The position numbers were made by a program, and so were the translations under genes. Below are positions 12,280-24,480 of a DNA stretch of 64,000 nt, in pieces. Source of the stretch: Octopus sinensis. Taxonomy: Eukaryota. The DNA is taken from the NCBI RefSeq assembly GCF_006345805.1, contig NC_043000.1:56172001-56236000 (forward strand). Direction: 5' to 3'. Under the pieces are notes generated by a model. That model saw only the letters and a list, made by a program, of their open reading frames with translations, was not told the origin of the DNA and ran no database searches. Position 1 is the first letter of the stretch; the number at the start of each line of letters is the position of its first letter.

Positions 12280-12500
12280 AGAAACCTTAGCATGCCAGAT
12301 GAAATGCTTACTGGTATTTCGTCTGCTGTTACATTCTGAGATCAAATTCTGCCGAGGTTGACTTTGCCTTTCATCCTTTCGGGGTCAATAAATTAAGTAC
12401 CAGTTACACACTGGGGTCCATGTAATCGACTTAAACCCTTTGTCTGTCCTTGTTTGTCCCCTCTATGTTTAGCCCCCTGTGGGCAATAAAGAAATAAGAA
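12280..12500 (+). mobile_element. Family B SINE (long-tail subtype)
   Basis: gactttgcctttcatcctttcggggtcaataaattaagtaccag...gtttgtcccctctatgtttagcccc. Confidence 0.85.
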
Positions 12501-12504
12501 TGTG

Positions 12505-12800
12505 CTGGGTGCTTTTTAGATTCCACAGCATGGATGCATCTATGCAGCACCTGCATGGGTGCATTAACACAGCACTGGCACAGGTGCTTTTTAAATGGTA
12601 CCAGCTCCTGAAAGGACAAGACTGCATGTGTGGAAGACAGTGATTTTACTTGGCTTTACAAATCTTATCAAGTACAGCAAATTGCCACATCTCCCAATCC
12701 TTTGTCACTTCCTCAGTGAGGCTCAGCATCTGAAGATCCTTTCTTAGCACTTCATCCCACATCTTCCTGGGTCTATCCCCTCGACAGGTACCCTACACTT
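12505..12800 (-). mobile_element. RTE LINE 3' end (ORF terminus plus 3' UTR)
   Basis: V*GTCRGDRPRKMWDEVLRKDLQMLSLTEEVTKDWEMWQFAVLDKICKAK* matches the RTE C-terminal GRPRKTW motif. Confidence 0.8.
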
Positions 12801-13108
12801 AAATACTTACTTCTGGTAATATTCCTCAGCTGGTCAGGGAACAACCTTGAAACCTTTATGTTACAAAATGCATCTGCTCTTCTCAACACTGGGCTATTAT
12901 CCCAGTGTTGAAATGTTATTTAAAATTACATTAAAGCATTCATCTTCATATCTTGTCATGATCATGCTGATTATTATCTGCTATTTCTTTTTATTTGAGA
13001 TGATTTATATCAATACTTTTTTAACTAATTTCCTCATATTAGATGTGTTGTTCACAAAAGACATTCAGTGCAAAAATAAAGGTACCCAGTTTAAATATTG
13101 GTCTAGTT

Positions 13109-13486
13109 CAGGGGTTTTCAACCATTTTTTGTCTATAGACTCCTTTGATAACTGTTTTCTTCTGGTGGACCCCCATAGCCATTCAATGTTTAAAAACTAG
13201 TTTTATAGATATTTCTTTCAAATTTCCTATTTTGTTTTTCACACATTAACTTGTGAAGGCTGAGCTATGTAAAATATTTGAGAAAGAAATCTAGCTGTTT
13301 CTTGCAATACAACATCTAAAGCAAAATTACAAACAAACATCTACCAATATAAACGTCTAAGGTAAAATTTTTCAGGGATCCATAAAATACTATTGTGAGT
13401 CCCCAATTTACTATTTTGTTGTATGGACTCCTAAAAATCTTATTTGCACACTCAGGGGCCATATGGACCCCAATTGAGAATCACTA
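13109..13486. mobile_element. hAT (Charlie-like) MITE
   Basis: TIRs caggggttttcaacc / aattgagaatcacta; degenerate 8-bp TSD gtctagtt / gcctaatt. Confidence 0.8.
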
Positions 13487-15346
13487 GCCTAATTGAAAAA
13501 ATATCACTTGAAGAGATTGAAACCATTAATGGCTGAAACATTGAGTGAAATATAAATCTAAGATAAGAAAAGTAATACAACAGAAATCAATAAAAACTCT
13601 TCATGGAAAAAAAAATTGCAGAAATTATTTTTAGCAGAGCTTTAAAGACTATATTAGTAGAGGTGAGATGGCCAATTGAAGAAGGTGTTGTTGTCTTAAG
13701 TTCAAAATTGTCTTTTTTTTTTTTTTTTTTGGCACCAACAGATCAATAAGCAACCCCGCTCCCTGGTAACTTACTAAATAAGTGCTATTATATTTGTCAT
13801 GAAACTTTCATAAGGGAATATAAAGGTTATTTCCCATTACTTTCTTTCAGATAAATTTTCGCAAAAACCATCAGTTGGATACAGAAAAGTTTGTCACACC
13901 TGAGAAGCCATTTAGAACATAAAAAGCTGAAACAAATTTCATTTGGCATTTTGTCCAATACTCAAACAATTTTAGCAATCTACCACCCTAGGCTAATATT
14001 TAATTGTATTGAGTCTGGAGGGATGAAAAGCAAAGATGACTTTGGTCAGACTGGAACTCAGAACACAAGAAGCCCAAACAAATAATGCAGGACATTTTTT
14101 ACCATTGCCTTAATAATTCTCTTAATTTATTGATTTCCAAAAACCTTGTTGCTATCATCTTATTGTGTGTCTGGGCAAAACTCTTTATATTACATTGGCT
14201 TTTCTATGCCTAGAATCCAAGAATGAGAACTAAATAATCTAGAACTATTGCAATAAACTAACATATAACACTGCGTAACACGATTTTTGTCCTTGGGTAG
14301 CAACTGTTATTTCCTATTTGTTTACCCTTAGAAAATATGAAAAATGGCTAATATTTCCTTCAAACTTTGAATTTGTTACATTTATTCAAATGCCAAAGAA
14401 TCCTTCTCAACACATGGCTATGATGCTGCCCCACTACTCATACTCATGACCAAAGATGCACATATTGTTGACCACTAAGTGTCATGTGCAAGTGGTTAAG
14501 ATCAAGCAACTGGAAAGTAAATCTGTAGTATTGAGCAGAATATTGTTATAATGATATTTCTGCTTCAGCAACTCAAGACTGAATCTGTCTGAAATGTAAT
14601 GGAAAATAGGTGAGTTTCAAAAATTGATGTCCAGGTCACAAAAGCAAAGTCTGAAAGGAATAGTAGTCGTTTCCTTTGATTTCAAGAGAGAATCAAATAG
14701 GAAATAACACTTACTGATCAAAGACAAAAAAAAAAGATTAAACTTCTGTTACACAGTGTAATCTAACAGCAAATATATTCCTCAGGTACATTACAACCTA
14801 AAACTAACTCTAAACATCAGTCCTTAACACAAAATAAAACAAATTCTAGTGAAAACATGGCCCATCATACTGCAAGAATGGACATCCCAGTGACTCCTAA
14901 ATCACAAACTTCAACAAAGGGAAGCATGGGTTATATAATGTCATAAAATGATTGTATGTTCACAATTGAAATGGAATCAAAAGCAGCTGCAACAGCAAAA
15001 CAAAAATTGTCCTTAAAAACATAACATAGATTAATTAAAATTAAGAAAGAATACATCTCACACATTTTACAAATTAGTATATATTTTCTATCATAAAAAA
15101 AAATGTTTTCTTCCAAGTCAACCTCCATGCATCATTCATGATAATATAATCATTAGAATTTACAGAAACTAATGAGAACTCATACTAGAAACAAATGATT
15201 TAACAAGGAAAAAGAAAAGCAGAGGTGTGTTGATATATTGTGAGGTGGTCTTATATTGTTAGTTATTTAGACTTCCCACCTTATTAATTAGCAGCTGATG
15301 TTCAAATACATACACAATGCATATAATGCATGCAGTATAGTGCAAT

Positions 15347-15772
15347 AAGCGCAGTGGTTGTGTGGCAAGAAGCTTGCTTCCCAACCACATGATTTTGGGT
15401 TCAGACCCACTGCACGGCACCAAGGACAAGTGTCTCCTACTATAGCCATGGGCCAACCAAAGCCTTGTGAGTGGATTTGGTAGATGGAAACTGAAAGAAA
15501 CCTGCTGTATGTGTATGTGTGTGAATGTGCACATGCGTGTGTGTTTGTGTATATGTGTGTATTTCTTTGTGTCTGTGTTGTCCTCCCCACCCCCACATGA
15601 CAACTGGTGCTGGTGTGTTTCAGTCCCCATAACTGAGTGGTTCAGCAAAAGAAATCGATAGAATAAGTAACAGGCTTTAAAAAAAAAGTATAGGGGTCAA
15701 TACATTCGACTGACAATTCTTCAAGGTGGTACCCCACCATGACCACAGCCAAATAACTGAAACAAGTAAAAA
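15347..15772 (+). mobile_element. Family A SINE, full length
   Basis: Head, internal (TG)n and tail all present. Confidence 0.85.
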
Positions 15773-16162
15773 TATAAATAGATAAATAAAAAATAAAATA
15801 AAACATATATATATATCACATACGTGTGTGTATACATACACATACCCACATACACCTATATACAGGCATATTGTGTGTGTGTGTATATATATATATATTA
15901 TATATATATATATATATATATGTGAATTGTTTTCAAGTATTTTGGTTTCTCTGGGAGTCCCTTTTTAAAGTAGAAGAAATAGCTAAGGTTTTTTGGCTGC
16001 TATTTCTAAACTTCGGTATGTGGTAAAGCAAATCTTTGCTGAACCCTAATTATTAAGTATTACTTAGGTTTACCGTGAAATGGTCCTTTTTTCATGCCGA
16101 ATTCTACTTGGTGAAATTATTGATTAATTCTTAATTAATTAATTTTACCCTTTGTTATTATT

Positions 16163-16206
<44 letters not shown>

Positions 16207-16855
16207 TGTATATGTATACCATATGCCTCTATTTATCTATCAATAACTATATATGTATGTGTTACACACACACATATATACTTATTACACACACATGTAT
16301 ACATATGCACCACATTCTAAAATTTCTTTACTACTGGCATTATTGATAAGCTACTTAGTTTGTTTTTTTTTAATATTCTTAAAAAAATGTTCGCTTCTTT
16401 TTATATTAGTTATCAACAAGAAGAGAGGAAAAATTTCCTTTGTTAAATAAACAATGAAAGAATGCAATTTACAATTTAGAACTTGGGGCTTATCTTGTCT
16501 GAAATTTGAACATGGAAAAAAATAATATTAGAATATTCATACTGATAACTTAACTAAGCGCAATCTCCATCAATGGTTCATTTTACTGGAGTGTCCTAGT
16601 GACTTTTAATAGCAAACTGGTAAATAATTTCAGTGAACTCAACAATGAAATCTACTCTAGAAATATTCCAAGTGTCATTTATAAACCAGATTTCAATAAG
16701 AATATGAAATGGATATACGTATATTCCTTAGGCTAAAGATATTGTTGTGTGCATCACATCATAATATTGATATAAAAAGGCAAAGGTCTACCAGAAGACA
16801 TAGAAATGTCACTTAATGAATAAACAATTACTAATTATATTTTGATTGTTTTTTC

Positions 16856-16887
<32 letters not shown>

Positions 16888-17191
16888 CATACTAGTAGCA
16901 GTGAGCATAGGCTAGCAGTTGTGTTGTAGCTGTTTTACGTTTTACATCTATAAATATTTATATACGTATAATATATACAAGCTGGAAGACAAGAATAAAT
17001 TTTAAACAGCACAGAGATGTAATATTTGAGTCACAGTTATTGGCAAAGTCACTAGAGCATAGAACATAGAACAAAATGCCTGGAGTTACATCTTCAAGCT
17101 TTTTGTGCTCTGAGTTTAAATCTAACCAAGGTCAACTTTACCTTTTGCACTTCTTGAGTGTTAAATTAAATACCAGTCAAGGAAGGTGTGA

Positions 17192-17360
17192 CACAGGAGT
17201 GGCTGTGTGGTAAGCAGTTTGCTCACCAACCACATAGTTCTGGGTTCATTCCCACTGTGTGGCACCTTGGGTAAATGTCTTCTACTATAGCCTCGGGCTT
17301 ACCAAAGCCTTGTGAGTGAATTTGGTAGATGGAAACTGAAAGAAGCTCATCGTATATACG

Positions 17361-17407
<47 letters not shown>

Positions 17408-17570
17408 TTGTGTGTCTGTGTTTGTCCTCCCAACATCACTTGACAACAAAAGAGACCAATAGAATAACTAGGCTTCCAAAGAATAAGTCCTGGGGTCAAT
17501 TTTCTCACCTAAAGGTGGTGCTCCAGCATGGTCACAGTCAAATGACTGAAACAAGTAAAAGAGATAAAAA
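17192..17570 (+). mobile_element. Family A SINE, preceded by a partial family B copy (17060-17185)
   Basis: caggagtggctgtgtggtaag...ggcaccttgggtaaatgtcttctactatagcc. Confidence 0.85.
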
Positions 17571-17699
17571 AGAAGGTAGGTGAAGTCACATGGTCCAGTA
17601 GTTAGTTACCTCCTCCAGCAAAACACCTGTTTCTACCTCTGTCTCTCTGTCACACTCTAATCTTTCATCATCTGACACAAGTTCACCCCTTCTAATGCA

Positions 17700-18038
17700 C
17701 CTTCCTTCTCAAAATTCCTTATCTTACAAGTTACTTGGTGACCTTAACAGAGCTGATGCCATGTAAAAAGCATCCAGTCCACACTGTGAAGTAGTTGGCA
17801 TTTGGAAGGGCATCCAGCAGTAAAATGATAGCAAAACTGACTTCGCCTGTGCTGGTGCCACATAAAAAGCACTCAGTCCACTCTAAAGGGTGGTTGGTGT
17901 TATGAAGGGCATCCAGCCATAAAACCCATGCCAAAATAGACATAGTAGCCTGGTGTAGTTTTCTGCCAGGCTGGCTCCTGTGAAACCATCCAACCCATGC
18001 TAGCATAGAAGACAGACGTTAAATCATGATGATGATGA
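17700..18038 (+). mobile_element. RTE 3' tail (family D) with internally duplicated block
   Basis: Two gtaaaaagca...gaagggcatccagc blocks followed by aacccatgctagc...(GAT)n. Confidence 0.75.
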
Positions 18039-18797
18039 CTACAAGCTATTTCAACAATTTGCAGTCCCTGACTCTGTGCAAACCCCAACACCTGAAAACA
18101 CAGATCCTTAAATGTCCATATCAACTTTCCGGCTATTCTCAAGATTTCACCATTCACTACTTGCCTGCATGTTCTACTAAGCTCCACTGACACAACTTCC
18201 ACAAAATCATGGCTATTGTTTCGCATCCATACCTTCCTTCCACCAAGTTTTCCATTGTCATTGTCATCACAAATGCCAGATTCACAACTTTCTCCACTAC
18301 TGCACTGGAAAAATTCTAGCTAGTTCAGCTAGTCTTCTGACATAATTACTCACATAATTGTCTACCTGTTCTCTCATCCAGTGCACTCTCCCTAGCTTGC
18401 TATATGACATAAACACACCTCCTGCATATGTGTCTTTCAGCTGCTCTTCAGTTCTTTCCCACCTTTAGTTGCCCTGCCATGTGCATTTACAGACATAAGT
18501 TATGTGCTTCCCTTTTGTACAACGGCATAACACTGGCCATGTTCTGTATGCCATGCAATTTCTTGAAAAGCTTTATTTTCCTAATCCAGGCCATGATATC
18601 ACCTTCAGTAGAAAAAAAAACCTGAGAACATCACATATCTAAGATATGTGAGGACTTTGTCCACAGTCTGCTCTTGCCAGCAGCTAATCTAGAGAAAAGG
18701 CTGTTCAAATTTCTTGTTTCGTTATCTGATGTCTCTCCCTTTCTTCTGGAGCATCACCCACTTTAGTTCCAACACATCATCCACTGAGTCACATGTG

Positions 18798-18851
<54 letters not shown>

Positions 18852-18945
18852 AGTATAAGCACATAAATGTGAAACAAGGTGGAAAAAAAAGTACTCAAAT
18901 ACCAAAAGTAGAGTAAGATGTTTTATTTAAAAGCAGCAGAAATAT

Positions 18946-18998
18946 AACAAAAGCTGTTACTCAGAGTTTCACGTTCCCATTCGTCAGACAGTTTTGTT
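18946..18998 (-). ncRNA. Minimal type I hammerhead ribozyme motif
   Basis: Minus strand: aacaaaactgt CUGACGA augggaacgu GAAA cucugag UA acagcuuuuguu; all core nucleotides canonical; GUA cleavage triplet. Confidence 0.75.
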
Positions 18999-19004
18999 AA
19001 AAAA

Positions 19005-19053
19005 AAAAGCTGTCTGACGAACAGGAAATGTGAAACTCTGAGTAACAGCTTTT
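19005..19053 (+). ncRNA. Minimal type I hammerhead ribozyme motif
   Basis: aaaagcugu CUGACGA aca-ggaaa-ugu GAAA cucugag UA acagcuuuu: 9-bp stem I, 3-bp stem II, palindromic stem III ACUC-U-GAGU; predicted cut after 19044. Confidence 0.8.
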
Positions 19054-19092
19054 GTTATATTTCTGCTGCTTTTAAATAAAGTATATATATAT

Positions 19093-19280
19093 ATATGTAT
19101 AAAGTTAATCCAAACATGAAAGCACAAAAAAACACAACAACGTGAGGACGTGGAAAGAAGGAAAGAAGGAGGGTTTAACGTTTCGAGTGAAGCTCTTCGT
19201 CGGAAACATAGGAGAGGGAAAGATCCAGAGAAGGGAAGACAGAGAAAAAAAAATCGCCAACGGTGCACACGCGGTCATAT
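19093..19280 (-). mobile_element. Penelope-like pLTR-type repeat with CCGACGA hammerhead variant (copy 1)
   Basis: Homologous to 44793-44980; HHR-like motif at 19173-19207. Confidence 0.65.
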
Positions 19281-20349
19281 ATAGGTAGGTAGATATATAT
19301 ATGTGTGTGTGTGTGTGTGTGTAATATGTGAAGTTACATTTAGGAAAAATTCTTCAGATTTAAAAATTTTGCTGTTTGTTGAAGTCTATCAACTTTAGAA
19401 CTGGCTATATGTCAAAGAATAAATAAATCACTAAGGGAAATTACTCAGAATGTCAGCCTGAAACTTCCAACCTGTCTAAGCTTTCAATAGAAAAACTATT
19501 AAAGAAAAAAGTTGGGAAATATTTTGGACATAAAATACGAAGAAACATCTTACATGAGGAAAAAAATCTATTTGTGTTTTATCTCTCAATGAATATTTAT
19601 TTGTATACAGTATATCTATCTATTTGTCTATTTGTGTAGCTTTGTATCTATCTCTATCTTTCTACCTATCAATGTGGGTTGTGTATGTCTAACTAGTTAC
19701 ATATCTATCTATCTATCTATCTATCTAGCTCTATCCATGGATATATCTATCTTGCTGTCTGTCTGTCTCTCTCGCTCTCTCTCTCTCTGTATATATATAT
19801 ATATATATATATATCTGTTTGTCTATCTCTTTACCTACCAATCTATTTATGTCCCTCTATCTTATTGTTTTTCTTCATTCCCCCTTTACTGTTCCTCTCT
19901 CTTCCCACTCCTCTTACAGCTACAGAATCTGAAAATAAGGAAAATGCTTTGGCATTTATGTAATGATTTCTTTTACCCAAAACAGGTTTTATAGGAGAAA
20001 GAATCATGTTGATTCAGTAAATTGCAATCTGCTGCCAGTAATAATTTGAGCTAATAAATGGAGATCCTACATTCACATCACCCTGCTTAAAATAGCAGGC
20101 AAATTTCACTTGAATCATACCACCATAATCTTAAACATAGAAGGATATGTTGGATAATGTAGACAGTGTGTATATATACATTAAAATTGCAATGGCTGGA
20201 ATGTCTTTGATCATAAATTTCCTAAATAAAGGTTTTACAACAAATGGTAATATTTCAAGCCAATGAAAGAATCCCTTCATAGCCACTTGGCCACCTACTA
20301 AATATAGCACTTGGCCTCCTACTAAAAATAGCAGCCAGATCAGAGGTAT

Positions 20350-20590
20350 GGCATAGGTGCAGGTGTAGCTTGTATGGTACAAAGTTTGCTTCTCAAACAC
20401 ATGGATCCAAGTTCAGTACTACTGCATGGCACCTTGGACAAGTATCTTCTATAGCCTTGGGCCAACCAAAGCCTTCTGAGAGGATTTGGCAGGTGGAAAC
20501 TGAAAGAACCCCATCATACACACACACACACACACACATACACACACAAAATCAGTGAGGGTGTGTTTACATCTCCATAACTTAATGGGT
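20350..20590 (+). mobile_element. Family A SINE (partial)
   Basis: ggcaccttggacaagtatcttctatagcc...gaaactgaaagaaccc. Confidence 0.75.
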
Positions 20591-20591
20591 T

Positions 20592-20623
<32 letters not shown>

Positions 20624-20769
20624 TCATCACTGCTGCCACAATGACCACCTTCATCATCCTCATTACCACCCTCATCAACATCACCACAATCATTACCACC
20701 TCCACCACAATCAGTCATCATCATCATCATCACCACCACCACCACCACCAGCGCTAGCATAGTCTAGAT

Positions 20770-21075
20770 TAATGGTTCTTAGCAGGGGTCTATATGGCTC
20801 CTGAGGGTCCATATAAGATTTTTGGGGATCCACACAACAAAATAGCAAATTGAGGACCCACAATAGTATTTCAAGGGCCCCTGAAACAGCTGGATTTCTT
20901 TCTCTAACATTTTACATAGTTCAATCTACATAAGTTATTGTGTGAAAAACAAAATAGTCAATTTGAAAGAAATATTGGTAAAACCAGTTTCTAAATGTCA
21001 AATGGCTATGGGGGTCTACTAGAATAAAATAGTAATCAAGGGAGTCCATAGATAAAAAATGGTTGAGAACCCTTG
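20770..21075. mobile_element. hAT (Charlie-like) MITE; a further partial copy ends at 21425
   Basis: Same interior as 13109-13486 in opposite orientation; gtctagat upstream; ggttgagaacc terminus. Confidence 0.75.
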
Positions 21076-21619
21076 AACAACATCAATATTTAAACTCGGT
21101 ACCTTTATTTTTGCATTAATTTTTTTTCTTTTGTGAACATCTCAGGAAAGTAGCTTAAAAAATATTGATATAAATCATCTCAAACCCAAAATATAATAAA
21201 AAGCAGATAATAATTAGCATGAACATGACAAAATATGAAGACAAATGTTTTAATGTAATTTTAGCTAACATTTCAACACTACTATGTGAAAAACAAAATA
21301 GGAATTTAGAAATAAATATCTGTAAAACCAGTTTTTAAACATCAAATGGCTAGATAAGGGGACACCCGCTAGAATAAAATAGTAATCAAAGGGATCCTTA
21401 GATAAAAAATGGTTGAGAACCACTGGTTAAGATGATACTTCTTGAGGCAGTTGTGTACAAAGGGATGTGCTTCCTGAATCCGTTTCTTTCTTGTTTTGAA
21501 GTAAAGCACTTTTAATCCACTTCAGACATTAAACTGTTAGATATTTTGGTTTGCAATAAACATAAACAACATCCTCTCTGCCAAACTTGTGCCAATATAA
21601 AGACATGCAAAGATAGAAG

Positions 21620-21830
21620 GCTGCCAAAATTGTTTGCATGCCAGGCAAGGCAAAAATGCTTAGTGGCATTTTGTCTGTTTTTATGTTCTGAGTTCAAATT
21701 CTGCTGAGGTTGACTTTGCCTGTCATCCTTTAGCGGTCAATAAAATAAGTACCAGTTGAATACTAGGGGTCGATGTAATCAACTTAACCCTACCCCAAAC
21801 TTGCTGGCCTTGTGCCAAAATTTTAAACCA
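21620..21830 (+). mobile_element. Family B SINE
   Basis: ttctgagttcaaattctgctgaggttgactttgcctgtcatcc. Confidence 0.8.
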
Positions 21831-21856
21831 ATATAAAGACATGCAGAAATAAGCGC

Positions 21857-21911
<55 letters not shown>

Positions 21912-22293
21912 AACACACATACACACAAATACACACGTAGATATTATATAAATGAAAATGTGTTTGTGAATGTGTATGATGAGCTTCCATTCTGTTTCAT
22001 CAATCAGATTTTGCTAACAAGGCATTGGCCAGCCCAGGCTAGAGTAGAAGACACTTACTCAAGGTAGGATTGAACCTGAAACCTCAGGATGCAAAGCAAA
22101 TTTCTTAAACTCACAGCACATCCATAAATATTATATTTTGTGTGACAAAAGAATTTGATTAAACTAGTGATACTTAGCACTGGAGTTGGCAAAGATTTAC
22201 TTCCCAGATTGCAATACAAACAAGAGTGCAGCTTAGTTTCTCTCGTGATATCTGCCACAGTATAGTTTGTTCTGACAGAACATCCATGTTTAA

Positions 22294-22504
22294 CGACTTT
22301 CATTACTAACCTGGCTGAAACCAGCTCTGGCTCTGTGTACAAATGTCTTGTTTTGAATTAAAATCTTCCACCAAACCTTAGTCACAATTTATGTTCCTAA
22401 CACTAGCTGAATGATAACTAAGTTATTTTACTAAATTCTTTGTTATATTTAAAGTAATTGAAAGAAACACAGAGCATCTCAAAATAAATACAGTAATGAA
22501 AGGG
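22294..22504. mobile_element. piggyBac-type MITE, second family
   Basis: TTAA at 22290-93; ends ctttcattact / agtaatgaaaggg; empty-site paralogue containing TTAA at 23003-23050. Confidence 0.75.
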
Positions 22505-23909
22505 TAAGTGGGGATAGAACATCCATGTTTATGTGGGGATAAATATTATCTCTTGGAATTAATACTGTCTCTGTCAATAATATATATTTTTTAACAAGCT
22601 CACTCACTTATCATGACACCAGTGCTTGTACTAGTATTGTTTTTCTCTATATTGCTGGTGAGGAGATGTGCTGCTGCTATCTTTAGCAGTTGAGTGTCCA
22701 TCACTGAGAATACCAAGGAAGGTCAAAATCATGTGACCTGGTGGTCTTGGTACTGGAGATAGCAGGGATTTATAAGTTCACTGGCTTATTGCAATATCAG
22801 CACCTATTCTGGCACTGTTTTGCTACATATTGCTGGCAAGAAGATCAGTCACTGCTATTTCTGGTGGTCAAATGTTTGTCATTGACAAGATCATGGAAGG
22901 TCGAAGTCATGTGATCTGGTGCGGATCTATCCCCCAACTAGCAATATAAACAAGCATGTATTTTGCACCAAAAGCCAATATGAGAGTTTCTTTCATGGTG
23001 TTGTTTGTTCTAACAGAACATCCATATTAAGTGGGGATAAATATTACATCTCGCTAATAAAAAATAATTCAAGACAGAGGAATAAATTTTATGCTATGAA
23101 GACAGAGAAGACTGAAGTTTCTAGGCAGAACCTTTGTGAGAGAGAAGAAATGTAAATAAATCAGGATTAGAGAGGTAAGATAGAAAAAAGAGGAGAGGTA
23201 AGGGAGAAGAAAGAGGAGAGGTAAGGAAGAAGAGGAGAGGCGGGAGTAGAGGAAAGAGGTGATAAGTGTTTGTGGAGGGAGTGGGCAATGTTGAGGGAGT
23301 AGAGAAAATAAAAGGAATGCCAGTAAATTTGAAAGGGGAGAGGGAAGAGGAGAGTGGGAAAGGATAACATAACACTATATGCACAAACACATACAAAAAT
23401 ACATGGATATACACATACATAGATGAGCACATACATACATTTGCACACAAACACATTTATACATAATATGCATAAACACACACACATGTGCATGTTTATT
23501 TGCATACATCCACATGCACACGTATCCACACACATGTATGTAAAGTTACAAAGAGCCTCCATGATGTCAGCTGACATGGCAAGACAGCAGCCAGAACACA
23601 ATGGATAGTGGAATCTCTGCTATACAAAAAGACAAGATTGTCATGATGCAAATGTCTTTGGCCACAGATTAGCGTCATCAGAGTTGATGCAGGACTAAAC
23701 AACAGCAGAAAAAAAAGAGAGAGAGAGAGAGAGAAAAGTGAGAGAGAGTGTGTGTGTGTGTGAGAGGAAATATGTTGTGTTTGTGTGTGTGCGTGTGTGT
23801 GTATGTACACATATAGTTAGATATATACACACACATATATATAAAAGACACACATATAGTTAGATATACATACATTATATATATATATAGATACATACAT
23901 ACATACATG

Positions 23910-23982
<73 letters not shown>

Positions 23983-24010
23983 ATATGTATATATATATAT
24001 ACATACATAT

Positions 24011-24330
24011 ACTCTTTTACTTGTTTCAGTCATTTGACTGTGGCTATGCTGGAGTACTGCCTTTACTCGAGTCTAGTACTTATTCTATCGGTCTCTTTTG
24101 CCGAACCACTAATTTACGGGGATGTAAATACAGACACACAAACATATACACACACATATATATACATATATACGACGGACTTCTTTCAGTTTCCGTCTAC
24201 CAAATCCACTCACGAGGATTTGGTCGGCCCGAGGCTATAGTAAAAGACACTTGCCCATGCAGTGGGAATGAGCCTGGAACCATGTGGTTGGTAAGCAAGC
24301 TACTTAGCACACAGCCACTCCTACACCTAT
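24011..24330 (-). mobile_element. Family A SINE
   Basis: Reverse-complement match. Confidence 0.85.
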
Positions 24331-24480
24331 GTGAGAATTTACAAGAAACAAAAGGCGAAAACAGGTGTGTAAACAACAAACAGACATATTAGTTTAACAC
24401 TCGGTAAGCAAGAAAGTCTTTTATGTTTCGAGCCTACGCTCGGAACACAGAAATAAACAGGGAAAGAAAAGAAAATAGAA
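24331..24480 (-). mobile_element. Penelope-like pLTR remnant with decayed hammerhead half
   Basis: Minus strand gagc-gtag-gctc-GAAAC at 24425-24441; the 5' core is lost. Confidence 0.4.

Larger units (their letters stand above)
18850..19080. mobile_element. Penelope-like/retrozyme-like repeat with an inverted terminal duplication carrying two hammerhead motifs
   Basis: Near-perfect palindrome, arms 18922-18998 and 19002-19080, each with a type I HHR fold. Confidence 0.7.

Noticed and set aside
17900-18310. Long open minus-strand frame (CSSGESCESG...)
   Set aside because: It runs into a family D repeat, and the surrounding 18040-18780 resembles a very decayed RTE fragment read in another frame.
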